64,000 nucleotides of DNA from an uncultured Actinomycetota bacterium (lineage in GTDB: Bacteria; Actinomycetota; Thermoleophilia; RBG-16-64-13), in the NCBI GenBank assembly GCA_963736705.1, contig CAVTPV010000005.1, forward strand, positions 1,455,056 through 1,519,055, given 5' to 3'. Under the pieces are notes generated by a model. It had not been told where the DNA came from, ran no database searches, and saw only the letters and a program-made list of their open reading frames with translations. The position numbers and the translations under genes are program-made. Shown piece by piece: positions 44,683-53,995 of the stretch (the first letter of the stretch is position 1; every line of letters starts with the position of its first letter).

Positions 44683-45535
44683 ATGTCTCCGAGAGAGACA
44701 GCTCTGGCGCAGCCGGGAGCGGCGGGTGTGACGATGGCCTTCGGTGACGAACCCAAGACGATGTCCGAGCGCGAACTGCTCGCTCTCGTTCGCGATCATA
44801 AGGATCGGGCGGCCCGCGAGGAGCTGATCACCCGGTACCTTCCGTTGGTGCGGAGCCTGGCACGGCGGTTCGCCTCTCGGGGCCAACCGGTGGAGGATCT
44901 CATCCAGGTGGGCTGCATCGGCCTCATCAAAGCCAGTCGACCGGTTCGATCTGGATCGAGGAGTGGAGCTGTCCACGTATGCGACGCCCACCATCCTGGG
45001 AGAGATCAAGCGGTATTTCCGCGACAAGGGCTGGGCGGTCAAGGTGCCGCGATCGCTGCAGGACCTCAACGGGCGCCTGAACCGCATGATGGAGTCGTTG
45101 ACGGTGGAGCTCCGCCGTTCTCCGACCATCGCGGAACTGGCCAAGGCCACGGGCGCCTCCGAGGAGGAGGTCGTCGAAGCGTTGGAGAGCGGGCGAGCGT
45201 ATAGTTCCGTGTCGATCTTCTCCGGCGGAGGTCCCGACGAGGAGGAGTCGGCAGGCCTGCTCGACTGCTTGGGTACGGAAGAACAGGCATACGAAGTGTT
45301 CGAGCGCCGCCGGGTGCTTGCCCCGGCCATGGAGCACCTCGACCCACGTGAAAGGCTGATCCTTCATCTGCGTTTCTTTGAAGGTATGACGCAGACGCAG
45401 GTGGCGGCGCGCATCGGCATCTCGCAGATGCATGTTTCCCGCTTGATACGTAAATCGATAGACAGCCTCCGCCAGTACATGGGGGAGGAAGGATCTCCGG
45501 CCGATGGCGCCGGGGAGAGAGGCAAGGTTCAATAA
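44683..45535 (+). pseudogene. SigB/SigF/SigG-type (group 3) RNA polymerase sigma factor, one frame break as sequenced (~44935)
   Basis: LITRYLPLVRSLARRF..VEDLIQVGCIGLIKA, then VDRFDLDRGVELSTYATPTILGEIKRYFRDKGWAVKVPRSLQDL..MTQTQVAARIGISQMHVSRL. Confidence 0.85.
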
Positions 45536-48154
45536 GTGAAGACGGCCGAACTGCGAAAGCTATTTCTGGACTATTTCGTCGAGCAGGGGCATCTGCTCGT
45601 TCCCAGTTCCTCTCTGGTCCCGTACAAGGACACATCCGTTCTTCTCACCACCGCCGGGATGCAGCAGTTCAAGCCGTATTTCATGGGGCTGTCCGAACCG
45701 CCCAGTGGGCGCATGACCAGTGTGCAGAAATGCTTTCGCACGTCGGACATCGACAAGGTGGGCCTCACGGCCCGGCACTGCACCTTCTTCGAGATGCTCG
45801 GCAACTTCTCAGTGGGCGACTACTTCAAGGAAGGCGCCATCAGGTTCGCCTGGGAGTTCTCGCTCGACTATCTGAAGTTCGATCCGAACCTGATCTGGGT
45901 CTCCTACTTCGAGGGCGACGACGAGATCGCGGCGGACACCGAAGCCACCGCCATCTGGGAGAGCCTCGGCGTTCCCCGCGAGCGCATGGTCGGGCTGCCG
46001 CGCAGCGCCAACTTCTGGGGCCCGGTCGGTCCTACGGGCCCATGCGGCCCGTGCTCAGAGCTGTACTACGATCGCGGACCGGCCCACGGCTGTTCCGACC
46101 CCGATTGCAGACCGGGCTGCGACTGCGACCGGTACGTCGAGTACTGGAACCTGGTGTTCACCGGGTACAACATGGGAGAGGACAAGAAGCTGTCCAACCT
46201 CCCCAAGCAGAACATCGACACCGGCATGGGCCTCGAGAGGATCGCCGCGCTCAAGCAGGACGTCTCCTCGGTCTTTCTTACGGATGTCTTCCGTCCGCTG
46301 GTGGAACTGGGAGAGGAGATCGCCGGCAAGAAGTACGGTGACGACAGGCAGGTCGACATCGCCCTGCGCGTCCTGGCGGACCACTCCCGCGCGATGTCGT
46401 TCCTCATCGCCGACGGCGTGCTGCCGAGCAACGAGGGCAGGGGTTACGTGCTGCGCCGCGTCATCCGCCGCGCCGCCCGCTTCAGCCGTTCCGCGGGCAT
46501 GGAGCCGCCGTTCCTGCAGCGCTTCGCCCGGCGGACCATCGAGCTCTTCGGGAACGCGTATCCGGAGTTGATCGAGCGACAGGACACCATCCTGCGGACG
46601 GTGGGCTCCGAGGAGGAGCGGTTCAACCGCACTCTCGACCAGGGCCTGGTGCTGGTCGAGGATGCCATCGCCAAGGCGCAGGAAGAGGGCAGCACGGCAT
46701 TCCCCGGCGCGGTGGCGTTCCAGCTTCACGACACGTACGGGTTCCCGGTGGAAGTCACTAGGGAGATCGTGGAGGAACGCGGCCTTTCACTGGATATGGA
46801 GGATTTCGAGTCGTCCATGGACGACCAGCGCAAGCGCGCCCGCAAGGCCCAGAAGGGCGGTGACGTCCTCCAGGACGCCATCGTGCGCTTCGCCCGGCAG
46901 ACCGACCACGCCACCGAGTTCAAGGGCTACGAGCGCGACGACCTCTACACGGTCGTTGAGAATGCGGAGACCCTCGAGGATGGGCACGTGCTTCTGGCTC
47001 TGCGCGAGAGCCCCTTCTACGCCGAGATGGGCGGCCAGACGGCCGACACCGGGGTCGTGGAGGGTGAGTCCGGCAAGGTGCAGGTCATCGACGTTCAGCA
47101 GCAGGGCGAGGTGCAGGTCTTAGTGGCCCGCGCCCTCGACGGCGAGATCGAAGCCGGAGTGCGCGTCAAAGCCATGCTCTCGGCGAGCCACCGGCACGAC
47201 GTGGCCGCCAACCACACAGCCACCCACCTTCTGCACTACGCGCTCCGCTCGCGCCTGGGCAAGGACGTCACGCAGGCGGGCTCATCGGTGCGGGCGGACA
47301 AGTTCCGCTTCGACTTCGCCTATCACGAGCCCATCGGCAAGGAGCACCTCAAGGAGATCGAAGAACTGGTCAATCGCCGCATCGTGGAGAACCATCCCGT
47401 GCGGACCTTCACCACGAGCATCGAGCACGCCAAAGACCTGGGCGCCATGGCCCTGTTCGGCGAGAAGTACGGCGACTTCGTCCGGGTGGTCGAGATCGAC
47501 GACTTCAGCCGCGAGCTGTGTGGAGGCACGCACGTGGGTGGGACGAGCGAGATCGGGGCCTTCAAGATCCTGTCCGAGGGTAGCGTCGGCGCCAATGTGC
47601 GCCGCATCGAGGCCATCTCAGGCAGGGCGGCGGTCGCCTACTACCGCGACCGCGACCTCCTGGCGAGCAACGCCGCATCCGCTCTGGGCGTCACCGAGGA
47701 TCAACTCCTGCCCGGTCTGGCGCGCCTGCAGACCCGCGTCGCCGCGCTCGAAGGCGAGTTGGCGGGCTTCGTTTCCCAGGCCGCGAAGGACATCGTGGCT
47801 ACTCTCGCGTCCGAGGCCGTCAAGCACGATGGCGTCGCCGTCGTGGCTGCCACTGTGGAAGCGCGTGACATGGAGCATCTGCTTTCTCTGGTCGACCAGG
47901 TCAGGGACCGCATCCAGCCCGGCGTCGTGGCCCTGGGGGCTGACTTGCAGGGCAAGGCGGCGCTTGTGGTCAGCGTCAGCGCGCAGGTCACCAGGCTGAA
48001 CGCCGGGCAGGTCGTGAAGACCGCCTCGTCGGCCTTCGGTGGGCGTGGCGGCGGCACGCCTCAGTTGGGCCGTGGGGGCGGAGGAGACCCCGCCAGACTC
48101 GGCGAGGCCGTGGAAATGGCTCGGGAAACGGTGCTTGCCGGCCTGAGAGGCTGA
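45536..48154 (+). CDS. alaS: alanine--tRNA ligase
   Basis: Intact 872 aa: FLDYFVEQGH..TTAGMQQFKPYF..QKCFRTSDID..HCTFFEMLGNFS..WNLVFTGYN; editing domain HTATHLL..CGGTHV. Confidence 0.97.
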   Translation: MKTAELRKLFLDYFVEQGHLLVPSSSLVPYKDTSVLLTTAGMQQFKPYFMGLSEPPSGRMTSVQKCFRTSDIDKVGLTARHCTFFEMLGNFSVGDYFKEGAIRFAWEFSLDYLKFDPNLIWVSYFEGDDEIAADTEATAIWESLGVPRERMVGLPRSANFWGPVGPTGPCGPCSELYYDRGPAHGCSDPDCRPGCDCDRYVEYWNLVFTGYNMGEDKKLSNLPKQNIDTGMGLERIAALKQDVSSVFLTDVFRPLVELGEEIAGKKYGDDRQVDIALRVLADHSRAMSFLIADGVLPSNEGRGYVLRRVIRRAARFSRSAGMEPPFLQRFARRTIELFGNAYPELIERQDTILRTVGSEEERFNRTLDQGLVLVEDAIAKAQEEGSTAFPGAVAFQLHDTYGFPVEVTREIVEERGLSLDMEDFESSMDDQRKRARKAQKGGDVLQDAIVRFARQTDHATEFKGYERDDLYTVVENAETLEDGHVLLALRESPFYAEMGGQTADTGVVEGESGKVQVIDVQQQGEVQVLVARALDGEIEAGVRVKAMLSASHRHDVAANHTATHLLHYALRSRLGKDVTQAGSSVRADKFRFDFAYHEPIGKEHLKEIEELVNRRIVENHPVRTFTTSIEHAKDLGAMALFGEKYGDFVRVVEIDDFSRELCGGTHVGGTSEIGAFKILSEGSVGANVRRIEAISGRAAVAYYRDRDLLASNAASALGVTEDQLLPGLARLQTRVAALEGELAGFVSQAAKDIVATLASEAVKHDGVAVVAATVEARDMEHLLSLVDQVRDRIQPGVVALGADLQGKAALVVSVSAQVTRLNAGQVVKTASSAFGGRGGGTPQLGRGGGGDPARLGEAVEMARETVLAGLRG

Positions 48155-48547
48155 GTGCGGGTCCTGGGTATAGACCTGGGGACGAGCCGGACAGGGATCG
48201 CTCTGTCCGATCCTCTCGGGGTCACGTGCAGCCCTTTGGCGGTGGTCAGGGAACGTGATGAGCGCGAGGTGCTTCTAAGGGTCGTCGCCCTGGCTGAGGA
48301 ATACGGTGTTGAAGAGATAGTCGTGGGCCTTCCGCGGCCCCTCAAGGGGGGGAGCAACGAGCAACTGGAGTCGGTGATCGCCTTTACGGAACGGCTTGGA
48401 GCTTGCACTGCGACGCCGGTGGTGACGTGGGACGAGAGGTTCACTTCGAAGCTGGCCGATCGCGGCGGAAAGCGCACCGGCGAGCAGGATTCGGTGGCGG
48501 CGTGCTATATGTTGCAGGACTACCTTGACTGGCGGTCCAGGACTTAG
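48155..48547 (+). CDS. ruvX: Holliday-junction-resolvase-like nuclease RuvX (YqgF)
   Basis: MRVLGIDLGTSRTGIALSDPLG..IVVGLPRPLKGG..DERFTSKLA..DSVAACYMLQDYL. Confidence 0.9.
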   Translation: MRVLGIDLGTSRTGIALSDPLGVTCSPLAVVRERDEREVLLRVVALAEEYGVEEIVVGLPRPLKGGSNEQLESVIAFTERLGACTATPVVTWDERFTSKLADRGGKRTGEQDSVAACYMLQDYLDWRSRT

Positions 48548-48560
48548 AGCCGGGAGAGCT

Positions 48561-49677
48561 ATGAGCGATTGGTATTCGGAATTGCCGCCCATGGGGGAGA
48601 GTCACCCCGGCAAGAAGAGACGCAAGAGGCGATCGGCCAAAGCCTGGGCGTCTGCGAGTCGTTGTGGTCATCGGCTTCGTGGCGTTCATGATCGGCGTGT
48701 ACGCCGTTGTGAATCGGACGACCGATTGGCTGCAGGCCAAACAGGCCGAGACGACCTCCACCACGCTGGCGGCGAGCGTGAGGGTCACCATCAGCCCCGG
48801 CCTGACGTCCGCCCAGATAGGGCAGCTGCTTCAGGACAAAGGGGTCATCACCTCCGCGTCGGCCTTCGCCGACCTGGTGTCGTCCCGGGGCAGCGCCGAC
48901 AAGCTTCAATCGGGTACCTACACGTTCGCCACCAAGTCCTCGCTGATCGCCGTCGTGGACAGACTCGAGAAAGGCAGCTCCAACACCTTCACCGTCACCC
49001 TCAAGGAAGGGTTGGCAGCCAGCCAGATACAGGCGGAGTTGGTCAAGACCGGAGCGGTCAAGAACTCCGATACGTACGAGAGCTTCGTCAAACAGCCGGA
49101 GAAGTTCGTGGTGCCCCAGATCGGCGGCATCACTCAGAAGGTGACCACCCTGGAGGGCCTCCTGTTCCCGGACACCTACAACTTGATGACGGGAGACGGC
49201 CCCACCGAGTTGATCGGGTCGCAGCTGCAGGCGTTCAACAAGAAGACCGCCTCTCTCGAATGGAGCAAGGCCGACGCCATCGGGCTGACGCCGTATCAGA
49301 TCCTCATCGTGGCCTCGTTGGTGGAGAAGGAGGCCAGCACCTCGGCCGATCGCTCCGCCGTGGCGGCCGTCATCTACAACAGACTCCAGAAGAAGATGAC
49401 CCTGGGGCTGGATGTGACGGTGCGGTACGCGGTGAAGAAGTGGGGGGTCGAGCCCCTCACCGACGATGATCTCAAAGTGGACTCGCCGTACAACACTCGG
49501 GTCAGCAAGGGCCTGCCGCCGGCGCCCATCTGCAACCCGGGGGTGGCCTCTATCAACGCCGCGCTCAACCCGGCCGACGTGGACTATTTGTACTTCATTG
49601 CCGACGCGGATGGCAAGATGTCGTTCACCGCGGACTACGACGAGTTTCTGACAATCAAGAAGAGCCTCAGCCAGTAG
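48561..49677 (+). pseudogene. mltG: endolytic murein transglycosylase MltG (YceG-like), one frame break as sequenced (~48650)
   Basis: Basic N-terminus and TM helix in one frame, then LEGLLFPDTY..YQILIVASLVEKEA..VIYNRL..GLDVTVRY..SPYNTRVSKGLPPAPICNPG. Confidence 0.88.
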
Positions 49678-49768
49678 GGCAGGTTCCTACCTTAGTCTGA
49701 TACACCATCCGGCCCGGCGCGGTAGTCTGCACAGTGCAGCAGGCAATCGCGACCGGAGGTAGCTGCAT

Positions 49769-50626
49769 ATGGTGGCGGACAGCAACATCGGCAGCCGTAC
49801 AGGCGTGCTTGGGGTCCTTGGGCACCCCGTCGGGCACTCGCTTTCTCCCAGGATGCACAACGCAGCCCTCAGGGCCCAGGGCGTCGACATGGTCTACGTG
49901 GCCCTCGACGTTCTGCCGGAGCGGCTTCCTGAGGCGCTGAGGGGGCTTCGCGCCCTCGGTTTCAGAGGAGTCAACGTCACCATCCCTCACAAGGAAGCCA
50001 TCGTGCCCCTCCTGGATGAGGTGAACGAGGCCGCGGCGCGGATCGGCTCGGTCAACACGGTGGTCAACCTGGCCGGGACGCTCGTAGGCTACAACACGGA
50101 TACGACCGGCTTCGCGGCCGCGCTGCGGACTCTCAGGCCGGAAGGAGCGGCCGGGCTGACGTGTTTCGTGGCCGGCGCCGGGGGCGCGGCGCGCGCGGTC
50201 GTGGCGGCGCTGCAGCAGGATGGCGCCCGGGAGATCAGGGTCTGCAACCGGACGCCGCAGCGCGCGATAGCGCTCTGCGGCCAAGCGGCGGCGTGGGGAA
50301 GAGCCTCCTGCGTCCCGGTCGCGGCCGGCGATTCCGCCGCTGCGGCGGAGGATTGCGACCTGTTGGTCAATGCGACGTCCGTTGGACTAACGGCCGACGT
50401 CAAGGAGTCGGCCATTCCTGTCGATATCATCCACAGCCGTCACATCGTGATGGATCTGGTATATGCGCCGGCACTCACGATGCTGGTGAGAGAAGCGAAA
50501 GCGAGAGGTGCGACCGCGATCGACGGCAAGGAGATGCTTGTGTGGCAGGCGGCGGGCTCCTATGAGCTGTGGACGGGCCGTCCTGCACCTGTGGACGTCA
50601 TGCGGAACAGCCTCGGCGAGGATTGA
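49769..50626 (+). CDS. aroE: shikimate dehydrogenase
   Basis: VLGHPVGHSLSPRMHNAA..GVNVTIPHKEA..IGSVNTVV..GYNTDTTGF..VAGAGGAARAV. Confidence 0.9.
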   Translation: MVADSNIGSRTGVLGVLGHPVGHSLSPRMHNAALRAQGVDMVYVALDVLPERLPEALRGLRALGFRGVNVTIPHKEAIVPLLDEVNEAAARIGSVNTVVNLAGTLVGYNTDTTGFAAALRTLRPEGAAGLTCFVAGAGGAARAVVAALQQDGAREIRVCNRTPQRAIALCGQAAAWGRASCVPVAAGDSAAAAEDCDLLVNATSVGLTADVKESAIPVDIIHSRHIVMDLVYAPALTMLVREAKARGATAIDGKEMLVWQAAGSYELWTGRPAPVDVMRNSLGED

Positions 50627-50637
50627 GCGAATCATCC

Positions 50638-52365
50638 ATGCAGACTGCGAAGAACGATAACGTGCAGAAGCGGCTGGTAGGCAGGCCGACAGGCGAAGTG
50701 CTTGTCGACATGGGCCTGCTCACCCAAGAGCAGGTGGACCAAGCGGCCGCCGAGCAGCAGCAGACGCATCAGCGCATCGGGGAGATAGCTCTAGCCAAAG
50801 GATGGGTCACGAAGAGCGACCTCATGGCCGCTCTGGCCCGTCGGATCGGCGTCAAGTACCTCGATCTCGCCGGCACCCGGATCGACCCGGTGGCGCTTGA
50901 GCTCATCTCAGAACGTGACGCCCGGCGGTACTCAGCGATCCCTGTGGGCTTCGTCGATGAGCATACGGTGCTCGTCGCCATGGCCGACCCGTCGAACATC
51001 GTGGCCATCGACGACCTGCACATTCTCACCGGCTTCGACATCGAACCGGGACTCGCAGGCAACGACGAGATCATCGAGATGCTCAGCAAGCTCCGCTCAG
51101 TGGGCGGCCAGCTCTCTGATGGTCTCGACGCGAAGGTCACCGCCGGCGAAGAGGAAGCCGTCATCGACGACATGCGCGACATCCGCGAGCAGGTGGAGGC
51201 CGCGCCGGTCGTCAAACTGGTCAACGGTGTGCTCGCGCGCGCCGCCGACGAAGGTGCCTCGGACATCCACTTCGAGCCGCAGGCCCGGGAACTTCTCATC
51301 CGCTTCCGCCACGATGGCGTACTCCACGAGATCATGACCATCCCCAAACGTCTACAGGCGGGGGTGATAAGCCGTCTGAAGATCATGGCCGACCTCGACA
51401 TCGCGGAACGCCGCATACCTCAGGACGGGCGTATTGGTCTGACTGTGGGTGGGCGGCCCATCGACATGCGCGTCGCGTCGCTGCCCACGGTCTATGGGGA
51501 GAAGGTAGTCATCCGTCTCCTGGACCGTTCGAATGTGATGCTGCGGCTCGAGGAACTCGGGTTCTCCGAGGCCGCCTACAATCGCTACAAGCGCTCGTTC
51601 ATCAAGCCGTACGGCGCCATCATGGTCACCGGCCCCACCGGTTCCGGGAAGTCCACGACCCTCTACGCCACGCTGAACATCCTGAACACGCCCGACAAGA
51701 ACATCATCACGGTCGAGGACCCGGTGGAATACCGGCTGGCCGGCATCAATCAGGTACAGATCAACCCCAAGGCCGGCCTGACCTTCGCCTCGGGCTTGCG
51801 TTCCATCCTGCGATGCGACCCCGACATCGTCATGGTCGGCGAGGTCCGCGACAAAGACACCGCGCAGATCGCGGTGGAATCAGCGCTGACCGGTCACTTG
51901 GTGCTGACGACCCTGCACACCAACGACGCTCCCGGCGCCCTCACGCGTCTCACAGAGATGGGGGTGGAGCCCTTCCTGACGGCTTCCGCCGTGGACTGCG
52001 TCATCGCCCAGCGCCTCGTGCGCAAGTTGTGCGAGCACTGCCGGGAGCCGTACGTGCCTTCCCGCGACATTCTCAGACAGGTGGGCTTCAACAAGGAATC
52101 CATCGACCAGAGGGGCGAGATCACCATCTACCGCTCGGTCGGCTGTCCTCGATGCAGCAACACCGGTTACAAGGGCCGAATGGGCATCTACGAGATCATG
52201 CTCGTCTCCGAGGCTGTCGAGAGACTCATCGTGGAGCGCAAGAGTGCCGATGAGATAGGACGAGTAGCCCGCGCGGAGGGTATGACCTCGCTGCGGCAGG
52301 ATGGCCACGAGCGGGTGCTCCAGGGCATGACCAGTATCGAAGAGATCTCCCGGGTCATCGTCTGA
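50638..52365 (+). CDS. pilB: type IV pilus assembly ATPase PilB (GspE family) with T2SSE_N/MshEN-like N-terminal domain
   Basis: Intact 575 aa: N-terminal tandem LGxxL..G motifs, DIHFEP, RFRHDGVL, Walker A VTGPTGSGKSTT, DPDIIMVGEVRD, tetra-Cys CEHC..CPRC. Confidence 0.92.
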   Translation: MQTAKNDNVQKRLVGRPTGEVLVDMGLLTQEQVDQAAAEQQQTHQRIGEIALAKGWVTKSDLMAALARRIGVKYLDLAGTRIDPVALELISERDARRYSAIPVGFVDEHTVLVAMADPSNIVAIDDLHILTGFDIEPGLAGNDEIIEMLSKLRSVGGQLSDGLDAKVTAGEEEAVIDDMRDIREQVEAAPVVKLVNGVLARAADEGASDIHFEPQARELLIRFRHDGVLHEIMTIPKRLQAGVISRLKIMADLDIAERRIPQDGRIGLTVGGRPIDMRVASLPTVYGEKVVIRLLDRSNVMLRLEELGFSEAAYNRYKRSFIKPYGAIMVTGPTGSGKSTTLYATLNILNTPDKNIITVEDPVEYRLAGINQVQINPKAGLTFASGLRSILRCDPDIVMVGEVRDKDTAQIAVESALTGHLVLTTLHTNDAPGALTRLTEMGVEPFLTASAVDCVIAQRLVRKLCEHCREPYVPSRDILRQVGFNKESIDQRGEITIYRSVGCPRCSNTGYKGRMGIYEIMLVSEAVERLIVERKSADEIGRVARAEGMTSLRQDGHERVLQGMTSIEEISRVIV

Positions 52366-52399
52366 TGCCGGGAAGAGAAACGAAGAGCAGGGAGTACAC

Positions 52400-53602
52400 G
52401 TGGATCTAGGCGAGATCCTCAGGCATGTGGTCCAGCACCAAGCATCGGACCTGCACCTGGCGGTGGGACTGCCGCCGGTGATGCGTATCGACGGGCACCT
52501 GCACCCAATAGAGGGTTACCCCGAGTTGTCGACCAACGAGTCGAGGGAGCTGATCTACAGCATCCTCAACCAAGACCAGCGCCAGAAACTGGAGACCGAC
52601 TGGGAGGTGGATCTCTCGTACTCCCTGTACGGGCACGCCCGATTCCGTGTCAACGTCTTCTTCCACAAGGGCACTCTCGCAGCCGCGTTCCGGCTCATCC
52701 CGGTGAACATCAAGACCATAGAAGAGCTCGGTCTGCCGAAGATCCTGCACACCTTCTGTCACAAACCGCGCGGGTTCGTGCTTGTGACTGGGCCCACCGG
52801 CTCTGGGAAGTCGACCACTCTCGCGGCCATCATCGACGAGATCAACGCGACGAGGGCGGATCATATCGTCACCATCGAAGATCCCATCGAGTTCCTTCAC
52901 TCCCACAAGCGCTGCGTGGTCAACCAGCGTGAGGTAGGCAGCGACACCAAGGGGTTCCCCGTCGCGCTTCGCTCCGCCTTGCGCCAAGACCCCGACGTGA
53001 TCCTCATCGGCGAGATGCGCGACTTGGAGACCATCCAGATCGCTCTCACCGCTGCGGAGACGGGCCACTTGGTGTTCGCCACCCTGCATACGCAGGACTG
53101 CCCGCAGACCATCGACAGGATCATCGACGTCTTCCCGCCCCACCAGCAGGAGCAGATCCGGGTGCAGATCGCCGCCACGCTGGAAGGGGTGGTCACGCAG
53201 CAACTCCTCCCCAAGGCCACTGGCTCCGGCCGGGTGTGCGCCACCGAGGTGCTCATATCCACGCCGGCGGCCAAGAACCTCATCCGGGAGGGCAAGACCC
53301 ACCAGCTCTACACCGTGATGCAGACCGGCGGCCAGCACGGCATGCAGACCATGAACTCCTGCTTGGCCGACCTGGTCAAACGCAGCCATATCACCAGGGA
53401 GCTGGCGCTCAAGCGGTCGTCGGTCCCGGACGAACTGGAACGCCTCCTGCTCACGGGCGCTAGCCTAGCCCCACCCGACTGCCGGCACGGGGGAGAGGCA
53501 GCTCCGCACGTGAATCCGCACTACAGTGCACAGCCCGATCGGCCGATTAAGAGAGCAGGCCATAAGTCCGCAATGACCTGTTCGATCATGAAGGGAAGCT
53601 GA
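52400..53602 (+). CDS. pilT: type IV pilus retraction ATPase PilT; last ~45 codons doubtful
   Basis: ASDLHL..RIDG, VTGPTGSGKSTT, IVTIEDPIEF, QREVG, DPDVILIGEMRD, GHLVFATLHT. Homology ends near 53455 (PDELERLL). The tail has lower third-position GC, and the other two frames stop at 53461/53466. Confidence 0.9.
   Translation: MDLGEILRHVVQHQASDLHLAVGLPPVMRIDGHLHPIEGYPELSTNESRELIYSILNQDQRQKLETDWEVDLSYSLYGHARFRVNVFFHKGTLAAAFRLIPVNIKTIEELGLPKILHTFCHKPRGFVLVTGPTGSGKSTTLAAIIDEINATRADHIVTIEDPIEFLHSHKRCVVNQREVGSDTKGFPVALRSALRQDPDVILIGEMRDLETIQIALTAAETGHLVFATLHTQDCPQTIDRIIDVFPPHQQEQIRVQIAATLEGVVTQQLLPKATGSGRVCATEVLISTPAAKNLIREGKTHQLYTVMQTGGQHGMQTMNSCLADLVKRSHITRELALKRSSVPDELERLLLTGASLAPPDCRHGGEAAPHVNPHYSAQPDRPIKRAGHKSAMTCSIMKGS
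53490..53505 (+). repeat. copy 1 of exact 16-nt direct repeat GGGGAGAGGCAGCTCC
   Basis: Exact match to 53632-53647, 142 bp downstream. Read directly from the sequence. Confidence 0.9.
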
Positions 53603-53603
53603 A

Positions 53604-53924
53604 ATGGGCAGTTTCGCGCACACGGTCGGTAGGGGAGAGGCAGCTCCCTTGTCGATGCTCACGCTACCGCAAACGAACGCAGTGGTCACCGCCGGAGAAC
53701 TCCGATGCAGGGGTCTCAACGTGATCGCGGAGACGCTGGAGGGAGTGCTTACCACGCACGTTTGTGGCGTGGTGGCTCCGGGCCGCGAGGAGGTTTGGGC
53801 TCGCGCACTTGAAAGAGATGTCGTCGAGCTCTTCAAGCGCCGTTACGTCCAGCGGGAACAGGCTCTATGCCTGGGCCAGCCGGTCTGCGACGACGACAGG
53901 ATCACCCTCGGCGGCGCTGCCTGA
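53604..53924 (+). CDS. orphan 106-aa ORF between pilT and pilC (four Cys, no family recognised)
   Basis: ATG preceded by GAAGGGAAG. Third-position GC is intermediate between coding and non-coding by eye. No pilin, PilZ or other motif found. Coding status uncertain. Confidence 0.3.
   Translation: MGSFAHTVGRGEAAPLSMLTLPQTNAVVTAGELRCRGLNVIAETLEGVLTTHVCGVVAPGREEVWARALERDVVELFKRRYVQREQALCLGQPVCDDDRITLGGAA
53632..53647 (+). repeat. copy 2 of exact 16-nt direct repeat GGGGAGAGGCAGCTCC
   Basis: Exact match to 53490-53505. It lies in codons 10-15 of the orphan ORF. Confidence 0.9.
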
Positions 53925-53940
53925 GGCTTCAGGCCTCAGG
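53920..53940 (+). other. perfect 8-bp hairpin overlapping the orphan ORF stop
   Basis: CCTGAGGC-TTCAG-GCCTCAGG. No U tract follows. It sits 55 nt upstream of the pilC GTG. Confidence 0.5.
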
Positions 53941-53995
53941 GCCTCTGGCCGATACATACCTAGTAGACAGAAGAGAAGCGAGAGGCAGGAACGGA

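Noticed and set aside
53465-53836. 123-aa minus-strand ORF in the pilT-pilC spacer
   Set aside because: It is a Ser/Thr/Ala-rich low-complexity translation, antisense to the better-supported + strand ORF, with no SD and no recognisable motif.
53929-53955. Calling GCCGATAC (53948-53955) a full sigma-28/WhiG promoter for pilC
   Set aside because: Only the -10 half matches. The position where TAAA should lie reads TCAG, inside the hairpin. It is kept as a weak observation within the spacer finding, not as a feature.
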